A stretch of DNA of 44,575 nucleotides from an uncultured Christensenellaceae bacterium. Lineage in GTDB: Bacteria; Bacillota; Clostridia; Christensenellales; UBA3700. The stretch covers positions 1 through 44,575 of the forward strand of contig CALWKV010000112.1 of NCBI GenBank assembly GCA_944381355.1. Direction: 5' to 3'. Every line of letters starts with the position of its first letter. Positions within the stretch are counted from its first letter, which is position 1. Below, one piece after another: positions 1 through 9,043 of this stretch. The notes below the pieces were generated by a model. The model saw only the letters and a list, made by a program, of their open reading frames with translations. It searched no databases and was not told where the DNA came from. The translations under genes were made by a program, and so were the position numbers.

Positions 1-420
1 AGAATTGCAAAAAGTGTTGCACTTGGTTTGACAATTCACTATTGTCAGATATGCGCCGCGCCTGTCGGGATACGACCCGATTCTCTTTTTGCACACCGGA
101 TTTTTTAACCGCCGCAATCGGTATATCGGAGACGAAAAAGTCGACGCGACGATATTCCAAAACCGCAAAAGCCGACGCTCCGACCAATGCTTCTCAAGCA
201 CGGGCCGACGCACATAACGCTTGTTTTCTCTTTAAGCGCGCGAGACTCAAACAACTCCGACCGCCGCGCGACGCGGAAATATCCGCTACGTATTTTACCG
301 CCGAGAGTTTTGCCGTCCTCGGTTTGCCGCCGATATCGGCGCGCTGTCAGGGAAAGCCCATGCGCGCTCAACAATATCCTTATCGCCGCAACGGCGTTTG
401 ACCTTCTCAGCCGGCTCTTT

Positions 421-575
421 CCGCTCGTCCCGACTAATAACGCAGGATCACCCGCCTTCCTCTCTTGGTGTGACGTGTTATTCCGTTCGTGCCGACTAAT
501 GCCGCAAGACTCACTCTCGTTCCCGCGTCGTCAGCCGCGCAAGTTCCCGTTCGTGCCGACGTTCCGCTTGTCATG
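421..575. repeat. Three degenerate direct repeats at 62-64-bp spacing
   Basis: ccgCtcgtCccgactaat at 421, ccgTtcgtGccgactaat at 483 and ccgttcgtgccgac at 547. Copies 1 and 2 are similar over about 31 nt with 6 mismatches. Confidence 0.6.
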
Positions 576-661
576 CAAGATAATACCTCTCCTGCTTTCC
601 CTGCGGGTTTGACGACAACATCGCTAAAAGCCCGACGTATTTTACAAGGTATAAAATGGCA

Positions 662-691
662 TAAAAAACGACCGCGCTTGCCGCGCGGTCG
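662..691 (-). terminator. Rho-independent terminator of the GLUG-repeat gene
   Basis: 9-bp GC-rich stem (cgaccgcgc/gcgcggtcg), 5-nt loop, then TTTTTT on the minus strand. Lies 20 nt after the stop. Confidence 0.7.
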
Positions 692-710
692 CGTTCGTTT
701 AAACCAGTCG

Positions 711-3434
711 TCAATCTATCGTGACGATAACGAGTCCTCTGTGAGAACCGTTGCTGAATACTATGACGACCGTACCCTCGGTGTTCTGATTGCCGCATAC
801 GAGGCTTCCTGTAGCGCTCTCGTTGCCCGCGGTTATCGTCTGCAACGCGCCGCTGTTGTCAACGTACTGAACGGTTGCCGTTATCTTTGCACCGGGTCCG
901 ATAGTCAACGATGTCGTTACGTTATAAACATGACCTTTGAGAACGACGTTTGCAACAGAATGCTCTCCGCCTATCGTCGTAAAGTTGCCGCCGAGTTTTT
1001 CTGCAAGACCTGCGCCGAAATCGTCAACGTATTGCGACACCTCTTTGTCTTTTCTGTTGGCATCATCGCCAAGATCCTTGTCGTAATAGTAAACGTTGTC
1101 AAACGTGCCTGCGGAATTGCCCGAAAAGCCGCCGACGTTGTTGGTATTCACGGTTACGCCTCCGATACTGTAAGAGTCGGAAACCGAAGCGCCTTCGGCA
1201 TTGAATCCGACAAAACCGCCGACGTAGTTGGGAGAGCTTGCATTAACGTTGGCATAGCTCTCACTGATAGCGCCGGCATTGTAACCTGCGAAGCCGCCGA
1301 CCGCATTGTTTTCGTTTCTTCCCGAAGCGCTCACCTTGTTGCGCTTGGAGTAATCTTCGCTATAATTTGCACCTGCGTAGCTTCCCGTTATCGTACCCTC
1401 GTTGAGAGCAACGAAACCGCCTGCATAATTCGGAGCATCGAGCTTGATCGCGCTGACCGCAGACACATTGCCGATACTGCTTGAATAAAGCACCGTTCCT
1501 TTGTTGACAGCGACAAAGCCGCCGGCGTAAGAGTTTTTCACGGCAGAGGTCTCGCCTTCTTCAGGTTCTTCAACAACAGCCTTAACAGTGCCTCTGGCGT
1601 TGGAATAAGACAAAATCGCTCCCTCATCGTTGATTCCGGCAATGCCGCCCGCTATTGCCGCCGTAACGTCCGCAACGCTCTGTGATGTCGTCAACGTGCC
1701 GTTGTTCTGTCCGACTACCGCGCCCGCCGTCGCATATTTTGCATTGACGCTGCCCGTGACGACGCTGTCGGATACTCTGCCGTTGTTTATACCCGCGATA
1801 ATGCCCGCAAACTGTGCGGTTTCGCTGTCGACAACTGCATTGAGGAGTCGGAGATTTGACACTCTCGCTCCCGAAGCTATTTCACCGAACAGACCGACGT
1901 TGGCTCCGTCGCCTATGATGACGATGTCGGATATAACGTATTCAGTGCCGTCGAAAGTGCCGCTGAAGCTGTCAATGCAAAGCCATTCGTAACCGCCGAA
2001 ATCTATATTCGCGCCCAGCTTGTAGCTTGCGTCAGGCTCCTTGGCGATATAAGCGAGTTCAGCCGCGGAAGCGATAACGTATGCACCGGTATTACTGTCT
2101 TTCTGAGGCTTTTTATAACTGAGATACTGCTCTGCCGCCGTGACAGACGTACCCGCCATAACGCCGTTGCCGTTTCGCGTTGCGCTGAGCTCTGCCGTAT
2201 AACGCTTGCCGTAATACGCGATATTGAGAAGCAGATTGGTATTGCCGTCCTCGTCCGTTTCGTAGAATTGCTGATCTATGACGTAAGAATACTCGGTATA
2301 ACCCGTACCCTCAACGATAGTGAGTTTTTCCTTGTCGCTGTCGCTCTCGAGATTGAAAGACACTCTCTTTGCGGAAAGAACCGCATTTCCTTCGGAATCG
2401 TAAGGGGTAAGCACGAGGGTGAAATAATTGATGAGACCAATCTGTTCTTCGCTGTATTCGCCCTGCTCTATCCTCCAGACCGCGCTGGTCGTACCGTCTG
2501 CGTTCTCAACGAGTTTGAGGCAATCCTCGGCAAGCTGCGGGAGTTTGTATATCTTGAAATCCTCGTTGACGTCGCTGAACGCGCTGTCTTTGTAGACCTC
2601 TCCGTCGCCCACCGTCTTGATATGGACGGTATATATGCCGGGAGTTTCGATATTGAAATTGGTAAGAAGCACGCTGACGCTGGTGCCGGTAGACGCATTT
2701 ACCGTCGTGCTGTAAACTTCGTCGGGATCTGCCGTATTCCTTGCTTCAAGACAATATGCCGTAGCGTTGGCGACGGAGTTCCAATAAACTCTGGTGCTTG
2801 TAACACTGGTGAGCACAGGGGTCGAGAGCTGGGCGTCGTTGGTGAAAGTGCAGGCATCGCTGTATGCGCTGTCGCTGAACTCAGATCCTTCGGGAGCGAT
2901 CGCCTTGACCTGAATCACGAATTTGCCCGGGTTTGAATATTCCTCTTTTTCGAGTTTATAGGAAGTGCCGCTGACTTCAGACATCTCGATGACTGCATCA
3001 TCGAGGGTAAGGCTCTCGTCGCCGTTGATAACTCTGACTACGTAGCCTGACGCGCCTTCGATCGCATTCCAGCTGACGGTCTTTGTTTCAAGAGCAAAAG
3101 AAGCTACCGGTGCGTCGAGCATCTTGTCTACGACATAGACGTATGCGTCGCTGTAAGCGCTGTAAACGTCGCCTTTTTTTGCTCTGACACGTATTTCGTA
3201 CGTGCCCGTCTCCTCCACTTCGATAAAATACATGGCGTTTTTTGTCTCGAAAGTGCCGAGATTCTTGACCTCGATCTCATAACTTTCCGCACCTTCTACA
3301 GCCTGCCAGCTGAGAACGTTGCCGCTCATCGCGAGGTTGGTCGGCGCGTCGAAAGTCTCCTTGCACGAGACAAACGCAAGCGCAAGGCAGACAACCAGCA
3401 GTATGATCGTAGTGATAGCAATTTTGTTTTTCAT
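711..3434 (-). CDS. Surface (lipo)protein: three Fn3-like modules plus a C-terminal GLUG-repeat beta-helix
   Basis: ORF 711..3458 trimmed to the ATG at 3434, which follows an AGGGAAG RBS. Signal/lipobox-like N-terminus (LALAFVSC). Three roughly 90-aa modules share (L/V)SW.A(V/I)EGA..Y. The C-terminal half carries at least 9 GLUG-type repeats (YAGGFVA.N.G.I..SY, VGGFAGYNAG, VGGFSGNSAG). A hairpin plus T-run follows the stop. Confidence 0.75.
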   Translation of the reverse strand: MKNKIAITTIILLVVCLALAFVSCKETFDAPTNLAMSGNVLSWQAVEGAESYEIEVKNLGTFETKNAMYFIEVEETGTYEIRVRAKKGDVYSAYSDAYVYVVDKMLDAPVASFALETKTVSWNAIEGASGYVVRVINGDESLTLDDAVIEMSEVSGTSYKLEKEEYSNPGKFVIQVKAIAPEGSEFSDSAYSDACTFTNDAQLSTPVLTSVTSTRVYWNSVANATAYCLEARNTADPDEVYSTTVNASTGTSVSVLLTNFNIETPGIYTVHIKTVGDGEVYKDSAFSDVNEDFKIYKLPQLAEDCLKLVENADGTTSAVWRIEQGEYSEEQIGLINYFTLVLTPYDSEGNAVLSAKRVSFNLESDSDKEKLTIVEGTGYTEYSYVIDQQFYETDEDGNTNLLLNIAYYGKRYTAELSATRNGNGVMAGTSVTAAEQYLSYKKPQKDSNTGAYVIASAAELAYIAKEPDASYKLGANIDFGGYEWLCIDSFSGTFDGTEYVISDIVIIGDGANVGLFGEIASGARVSNLRLLNAVVDSETAQFAGIIAGINNGRVSDSVVTGSVNAKYATAGAVVGQNNGTLTTSQSVADVTAAIAGGIAGINDEGAILSYSNARGTVKAVVEEPEEGETSAVKNSYAGGFVAVNKGTVLYSSSIGNVSAVSAIKLDAPNYAGGFVALNEGTITGSYAGANYSEDYSKRNKVSASGRNENNAVGGFAGYNAGAISESYANVNASSPNYVGGFVGFNAEGASVSDSYSIGGVTVNTNNVGGFSGNSAGTFDNVYYYDKDLGDDANRKDKEVSQYVDDFGAGLAEKLGGNFTTIGGEHSVANVVLKGHVYNVTTSLTIGPGAKITATVQYVDNSGALQTITAGNESATGSLVCGNQNTEGTVVIVFSNGSHRGLVIVTID

Positions 3435-3698
3435 AGATACTTCCCTTTTAGTCCGCATTTTTTGTCAAACTATGTATTTCTATCATATCAAAATCAGATT
3501 TAAAATACAAGTATTATAATATTATTATTTTATACGCTGTCGATAATATCCGCAAAATGCCGTTGATTTTTGCTTGTCGTTTTTTTCAACATGCCTTTAT
3601 TCTGCAATACTTGTCGATGTTTTTTGCGTTTATCGGCACACAATATATCTGCAATCCGACAGACAGAGCGCCGAAAAAGGCAAAAAATCCGCTTTGCG

Positions 3699-3727
3699 TT
3701 GACTTATGGATTTTAGTGTGGTATATT
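3699..3727 (+). promoter_or_regulatory. Sigma-70-type promoter of the acyltransferase gene
   Basis: TTGACT, 17-nt spacer, TG-extended TATATT. The -10 ends 6 nt before the ATG at 3734, and no SD sequence lies between them. Confidence 0.55.
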
Positions 3728-3733
3728 TGATTT

Positions 3734-4720
3734 ATGGCAGTCAGAAGAAATATTTCACAAAAAGACTTGCTCGCCGAGGACAAAAAACCTCTGGCCGATA
3801 CGCCGGAAGAAAACGCTCCCGTATCAGAAGAAAAGGCCGGGCATAGCGAGAAAAACGAGAAAAAGAAAAAAGAAAAAACCCATATTCTCCCCGTCGGAGA
3901 TACTGACGAGTATCCCGAAAACGAAGACGAGCATATGATCGAGAGCAATACGTTCCTTGACGTAGTGTTCGACGAAAATTTTGAATATATCATTAAGAAT
4001 CCCGTCAAGAAGTTCTTCGGGTGTCTGCTTTGGATGTTCGGCATGACCCTGCTCCCGATAATCACTTTCTTTATGTACGGATTCAAGGTAAAAAACAAAA
4101 AATATATCAGACGCATCATCAAGTCAGGCTCGGGCGCGCTTACCGTCAGCAACCACGTGCATATTATGGACTGCGTAATGGCTTGTCAGGCCAACTGGCC
4201 CAAGATGAGTTATCTGCCCACTCTGCACACGACTTTCCAGCTCCCGTACGTCAGACACATCGTGCATCTGCTCAACGCTTTTCCTATACCCAACACGACA
4301 GCCGGAACAAAGAAGTTTATCGAAGAAATGGACGGACTTCTGAAACGCGGCAAATTCGTGCACTTCTTCCCCGAAGGCGCGCTGTGGCCGTGGTACAACA
4401 AGATAAGAACTTTTAAACCGGGCGCATTCCACTTTGCAGTCAAAAACAACGTGCCGGTGATACCTCTCGCAATAAAATACCGCCCGCGCAAGCTGACCAA
4501 GATCTTCAGCAAACGTCCGCTCGTAAGCATAGAGGTGCTTCCTCCCGTCTATCCCAACACGGAGCTGCCCGCTAAAAAAAGCGTATACGATCTGACGCAG
4601 CGCGTCCACGACGCCATCGCACAGTGCGTAGAATTCAACAACGATAAATATTTCTCTCCCAAGATCAAGAAAAAGCGTTTCTGGCAACGCTCCAACAAAG
4701 AAAGCAAAGTGCAAAAATGA
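3734..4720 (+). CDS. PlsC-type lysophospholipid acyltransferase family protein with a K/E-rich N-terminal extension
   Basis: HX4D motif NHVHIMD and FPEG motif (FFPEGALWP). A hydrophobic segment precedes the catalytic core. Terminator directly downstream. An alternative in-frame start exists at M67. Confidence 0.8.
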   Translation: MAVRRNISQKDLLAEDKKPLADTPEENAPVSEEKAGHSEKNEKKKKEKTHILPVGDTDEYPENEDEHMIESNTFLDVVFDENFEYIIKNPVKKFFGCLLWMFGMTLLPIITFFMYGFKVKNKKYIRRIIKSGSGALTVSNHVHIMDCVMACQANWPKMSYLPTLHTTFQLPYVRHIVHLLNAFPIPNTTAGTKKFIEEMDGLLKRGKFVHFFPEGALWPWYNKIRTFKPGAFHFAVKNNVPVIPLAIKYRPRKLTKIFSKRPLVSIEVLPPVYPNTELPAKKSVYDLTQRVHDAIAQCVEFNNDKYFSPKIKKKRFWQRSNKESKVQK

Positions 4721-4730
4721 TTTTTACCCG

Positions 4731-4755
4731 CCGCCGCTCCGCGCGGCGGTTTTTT
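4731..4755 (+). terminator. Rho-independent terminator of the acyltransferase gene
   Basis: ccgccgc-tccgc-gcggcgg hairpin followed by TTTTTT. Confidence 0.7.
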
Positions 4756-4804
4756 ATACCGAGACCCGCCTTTTTAAACTCCCCTCTCGTTTGATTTCGC
4801 CTAA

Positions 4805-5224
4805 GTCGCAACAAAAATCATACATGTCTCCGACAAGCACAAATATCTGCCGAAGATAATCATACAAGCAAGCCTGAAATCAGATCGTTTATTATCTGTA
4901 CTGATGCTATCAGACTGTTTGCCCAAGGCAGAACATATAACGGTCTTTAAACGCGTCTTTCCGTTGATTTTTGCCACAGTTGCAACAAAAATCATTCGCA
5001 AATGCGCAGTAATTACTTTTTTGCCGAAGAAAACCGAGGTGAGCGAGCTGTACTCTAAACCGTTTTATAATTACTTGCATAAAACTGCCGTTGCCCAAGG
5101 CAGAACATATAGCGGTCTTTAAACGCGTCTTTCCGTTGATTTTCGCCGCAGTCACGGCAAAAATCATTCGGAAATGCGCAAAAATTACTTTTTCTGCCGA
5201 AGAAAACTGAGGTGAACGAAGCTG
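4805..5224. repeat. Tandem direct repeat, about 172-bp period: two full copies (~4914..5051 and ~5084..5224) and a partial diverged copy (~4805..4860)
   Basis: Copies B and C align nearly base for base, from ttgcccaaggcagaacatata(a/g)cggtctttaaacgcgtctttccgttgatttt to gccgaagaaaac(c/t)gaggtga(g/a)cga(g/a)gctgt. Each contains a hairpin (tgatttttg/caaaaatca at 4965..4994; tgattttcgcc/ggcaaaaatca at 5137..5166). Confidence 0.8.
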
Positions 5225-5354
5225 TGACAGAGGAAGTTTTGTCACAGGCAAGACGAGCGCCGCAGGCAATACTTGCCGTATTGTCAAGGCGGTCAACACA
5301 GCCTGCGGCAAAAATGACCTGCCACAGCCCGCGAGCCTCATTTTCTTCGGCAGA
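5193..5354. repeat. 19/20-nt inverted repeat bracketing about 125 nt of nested hairpins
   Basis: tctgccgaagaaaaCtgagg (5193..5212) matches the reverse complement of cctcattttcttcggcaga (5336..5354) with one 1-nt indel. Inside it: ctgtgaca/tgtcacag (5222..5247), ccgcaggc/gcctgcgg (5260..5308) and caatac/gtattg. Confidence 0.75.
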
Positions 5355-5359
5355 CCAAC

Positions 5360-5388
5360 AAAAAACAGGTCGGGGATTTCCCGACCTG
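5360..5388 (-). terminator. Rho-independent terminator of the GH3 gene
   Basis: 9-bp stem caggtcggg/cccgacctg, followed on the minus strand by TTTTTT. Confidence 0.75.
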
Positions 5389-5407
5389 CCTTTTAGAAGG
5401 GGGTAGG

Positions 5408-7825
5408 CTATTTTTTGATAGCCTTGAGTAAAGCAAACAGACCTTTGAAGAAATGACCGTTCATCATAATGACGACACCGTCAACCATCTTCATATTGAA
5501 CATACCCTGAGAACTGAACGCCAGCGATCTGAGAGGCGAGGTTTTCATCACCTCGTAAATCATAAGATAATTGGGGTCGTACTTATCCGCATTCATCGAC
5601 ATACGGATAAAGGGCTTTGCCAGCCTGATGAGGAATCTTGCCAGCCCGCTGGTACGAGCCATATCCTCCAAGCTGTCGTCCGAAGTGAAAGAACCTTTGA
5701 CGCATTCGTGTTTCACGCAACTGATGTTGCCGTCTTTGAAAAGCGAAGCAAAGTCTTCGTCAGGTACGGGCTTTTTGACGTCGGGATTGAAATACCACGA
5801 CTTTTTGTCCTTCTTTGACGGCTCTGCGCCGCCCTCTACGGTAACGGTAGCCCTGCACTTAAGTTCTCTTATATTGCCGCCGACAGCGATCTCGTAATCG
5901 CCGTTTTCGACGACCCAGTCCTTTTCATTAACATCATAAAACGCGAACGCTCTTTTGTCAAGTATAAACGTGACCGTAGCAGAACTTTTCGCTTTCACTT
6001 CCACCTTGTCGAAAGCGCGCAATTGGACCTTGGGCATATACACTGTTTTGCCCTCGTGAATAACGTAAAGCTGAACGGTTTCTTTGCCGTCTCTGTCACC
6101 CGTATTGTCGACGGTGACGGTCACTTCCAGCGTGTCGCCCGCATTGATCCTGGACTTGCCGAGAGCAATGTTTTTGTAGGTAAAAGTCGTATACGAAAGA
6201 CCGTATCCGAACGGGAAAAGCACGGGAGCGTCGACGCTCTCGAAATATCTGTAACCGACGTACAGCCCCTCTCTGTATTCCACATTATATCTCTCTCCCG
6301 GGAAATAAGCGCCGGACGGCACGTGCGAAAGTTTAAGCGGATAAGTTTCCGCAAGTTTGCCGCCGGGGTTGACCTTGCCGTACAGCACGTCGACAACCGC
6401 GCCGCCGCTGTTCTGCCCTGCAAGACCCGCGAGAAGCACGCCCTTGACTTCGTTTATCCACGGCATTGTAACGACTGATCCCGCAGAAAGAACGACAACC
6501 ACGTTTTTGTTGACCTTGGCGATCTCGGAAATAAGCGTGTTGTGCGAAGCGGGCATATCCATATCCTTGCGGTCGAAGCCCTCTGCCTCGTACTCGCCGG
6601 GCAGTCCCGCAAAAACTATGACCTTGTCGAAATCTTTTGCGCGCGCGACTGCTTTTTGTATCAGTTTGGCGCAATCCTTGCGCGTCTTTTTGTAATAGCC
6701 CTCCTCGAACTCGAACGCGATGCCCTCGTCGGCGAGCGCTTCCAGCGCGGAAGTGATCTTATGACAGTTGATGAACGAGCTGCCCGCGCCCTGAAACCTC
6801 GGGTTGCGTGCCATATCGCCTACGATCAGGATCTTATCCTTTTTGCCGAGCGGCAGCACTTTGTTTTTGTTTTTGAGAAGAACGCAACACTCCGCCGCCG
6901 CCTTGCGCGCGAACGCGTCGTGCTCTTTGATATCGTATGTGGCGCCCTGTTTGCGCTTGCCGTAAAGGTCGAAAACGACGTCCAGTATGCGATCCACTCT
7001 CTCGTCCAGCACCTTTTCGTCAAGGCTGCCGTTCTTTACCGCTTGGACGATAAGAGCGTCGTTCATGCCGCCGCTGGAAGGCATTTCGACGTGCATACCG
7101 GCTTTGACGCCGTCCACTCTGTGGTTGACCGCGCCCCAGTCGCTTATGACTATGCCTTTATATCCCCACTCCTTGTCGAGGATCTCGTCGAGAATATGTA
7201 CGTTTTCGCTTGCCGACTGACCGTTGACGAGGTTGTACGACGCCATCACCGTGGCGGGCGCGCTCTTTTTGACGACCGTCTCGAATGCGGGCAGATATAT
7301 CTCCCTTATCGTGCGCTCGTCTGCGACCGCATTGACCGACATGCGGTAAGTTTCCTGATTGTTGACTGCGAAATGTTTGACCGAAGTGCCTATTCCTTGC
7401 GACTGCACTCCCTCCACAAACGCGGCGCCCAGCTCTCCGCTGAGAAGCGGATCTTCCGAAAAATACTCGAAATTTCTGCCGCAAAGCGGTGAACGCTTGA
7501 TATTTACGCCCGGTCCCAGTACGACCTGCACGCCCTCCTGCTGGGCTTCTTCTGCTATACGCTTGCCTATCTCTCTGAGCAAATCCCTGTCCCAGGAACA
7601 AGCAGAAGAACATGCGAGCGGAAAACATGTAGAATCCACAGAAACATTCATCTTTGTGCTTACGCCGGAATTTTTTTGCGTCCTGAGTCCGTGGGGTCCG
7701 TCAGACACCATGATCTCGGGTATCCCTAGTCTTTCGACACCTTTGAAGTGCCACATGTCTTTCCCCGAACAAAGCGAAGCCTTTTCTTCCAACGTCATCT
7801 TTGCTATCAAATCAGCGTACTTCAT
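5408..7825 (-). CDS. Glycoside hydrolase family 3 beta-glucosidase-like enzyme (no signal peptide)
   Basis: GH3 signatures GPHGLR, KHFAVNNQE and the nucleophile context VISDWGAV. Fn3-like domain near the C-terminus. AAGGAG RBS. Terminator at 5360..5388. Confidence 0.9.
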   Translation of the reverse strand: MKYADLIAKMTLEEKASLCSGKDMWHFKGVERLGIPEIMVSDGPHGLRTQKNSGVSTKMNVSVDSTCFPLACSSACSWDRDLLREIGKRIAEEAQQEGVQVVLGPGVNIKRSPLCGRNFEYFSEDPLLSGELGAAFVEGVQSQGIGTSVKHFAVNNQETYRMSVNAVADERTIREIYLPAFETVVKKSAPATVMASYNLVNGQSASENVHILDEILDKEWGYKGIVISDWGAVNHRVDGVKAGMHVEMPSSGGMNDALIVQAVKNGSLDEKVLDERVDRILDVVFDLYGKRKQGATYDIKEHDAFARKAAAECCVLLKNKNKVLPLGKKDKILIVGDMARNPRFQGAGSSFINCHKITSALEALADEGIAFEFEEGYYKKTRKDCAKLIQKAVARAKDFDKVIVFAGLPGEYEAEGFDRKDMDMPASHNTLISEIAKVNKNVVVVLSAGSVVTMPWINEVKGVLLAGLAGQNSGGAVVDVLYGKVNPGGKLAETYPLKLSHVPSGAYFPGERYNVEYREGLYVGYRYFESVDAPVLFPFGYGLSYTTFTYKNIALGKSRINAGDTLEVTVTVDNTGDRDGKETVQLYVIHEGKTVYMPKVQLRAFDKVEVKAKSSATVTFILDKRAFAFYDVNEKDWVVENGDYEIAVGGNIRELKCRATVTVEGGAEPSKKDKKSWYFNPDVKKPVPDEDFASLFKDGNISCVKHECVKGSFTSDDSLEDMARTSGLARFLIRLAKPFIRMSMNADKYDPNYLMIYEVMKTSPLRSLAFSSQGMFNMKMVDGVVIMMNGHFFKGLFALLKAIKK

Positions 7826-7991
7826 CTCTCTCTCCTTGCCGGCTTATGCCTTACGCCGTTAGGCGCTTTTATCCGAAACTCCCAACTTTAAAAAAATATC
7901 TGTTTTGCAGAAACAACTGACATATATTGTCATATTATATATATTATCATAATAGCACAAAGGACATCGAGTCCATAAGGAGGACTACACC

Positions 7992-8243
7992 ATGTTATTC
8001 ACAACCAACGACCTCAACGGAGAAAATTTCACTTTTACCGCCAATGCCGTAAGTCGCTGCAGAATGAGCAATGCTGACAAAGTCTTTGCTCGCTCCGTTG
8101 CAAAAAGGCAATTGCTTGTCGTCAAAGACCTGATGGCGCTTGACAAAGCATATCCCGGAATGATAGACAAAGACGTCGTCGGCGGACTTTACGCGTTGTA
8201 CACTCTGCTTGAAGACAACGTTCAATCGATCACGTCACACTGA
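7992..8243 (+). CDS. Hypothetical small protein (83 aa)
   Basis: ATG preceded by a perfect AAGGAGG 8 nt upstream. No family recognised. The 3' end overlaps the convergent XRE gene by 9 bp. Confidence 0.5.
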   Translation: MLFTTNDLNGENFTFTANAVSRCRMSNADKVFARSVAKRQLLVVKDLMALDKAYPGMIDKDVVGGLYALYTLLEDNVQSITSH

Positions 8244-8438
8244 GACGTGCCCGAGGAGTTCGTCCGTAGAAACCCCCAAAAAAGCCGCGATTTTACACAG
8301 ACAGAGAAGAGACGGCTCACTCTCCCCCTTTTCGTAATGAGATATCGTGCGTTGAGAAACGCCTATCTCCTTTGCGATTTTCTGTTGCGAAATGTTTTTG
8401 ACCTTGCGCAACCTTTTCAGATTTTTACCGAATTCCAT
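8235..8438 (-). CDS. XRE-family helix-turn-helix transcriptional regulator (67 aa)
   Basis: Classic HTH_3 pattern: LKRLRKVKNISQQKIAKEIGVSQRTISHYEKGESEPSLLCLCKIAAFLGVSTDELL. Confidence 0.85.
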   Translation of the reverse strand: MEFGKNLKRLRKVKNISQQKIAKEIGVSQRTISHYEKGESEPSLLCLCKIAAFLGVSTDELLGHVSV

Positions 8439-9043
8439 TGCCTTTTACTCTGCACTGAGTGCACCCTTCCTAAATGTAATACGTATTTTAATACATCAAA
8501 TCCGTACCTTTTTCATTATAGCACACATATTTTGTCTATATCAATGGTATTTTTTATTTTTTTTACAAAATTTAGCCCTATTTTATACATATATGATACG
8601 CTTAATGACTCCTTTCGATAAAAAAAACCGTGAATTAGCGGGTTATTAGCCTGTTTTAACGTTTGAGAACGCATGCCGACGCCGATCGATCTTCCGACAA
8701 AGATAACTTTTTGTAAAAAATCAGCTGATTCTTCCCGTTTTTTCCATATCCTGCATTTATAATTAGACGTCTGTCGCTGCTTGCGCGACAGATAAAAAAC
8801 CTTTAGTTACGAATTGTTTAAAATCAAACAAATGCGAAGTTTTAATTGCATGAAATCAGGGTTTTACGCGTTTTGCCGCGATCTCAGTAAAAACAACAGG
8901 GTTGCTCATCAGATTTATCCTCAAAAAACAATCCGCAATGTGATTTTGCGCTGTGTATTTTTTAAAGCGACCGTTTTCTTTTAAAAACGCTCTTTCACGG
9001 CGCGCATATGAATATTTATGCAAAATTCCGCTTGTAATTATGC

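Noticed and set aside
421-575. Possible degenerate CRISPR array, suggested by repeats at a period of about 62-64 bp.
   Set aside because: There are only three copies. Just 14 nt are conserved across all three, and the first two copies have 6 mismatches over 31 nt. No cas genes or leader are present in the window, and no palindromic repeat structure is visible.
4910-5341. 143-aa minus-strand ORF (and 4801..5001, 66 aa) as protein-coding genes or RiPP-like precursor paralogues.
   Set aside because: The ORFs are assembled from the tandem DNA repeats, and the shared peptide falls in different frame contexts. There is no RBS, the composition is non-protein-like, and no modifying-enzyme genes are nearby. 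They are kept only as a note inside the repeat finding.
7992-8438. The small ORF plus XRE gene as a classical type II toxin-antitoxin pair.
   Set aside because: The genes are convergent, not co-transcribed, and the 83-aa protein shows no known toxin motif. It is retained only as a low-interest observation.
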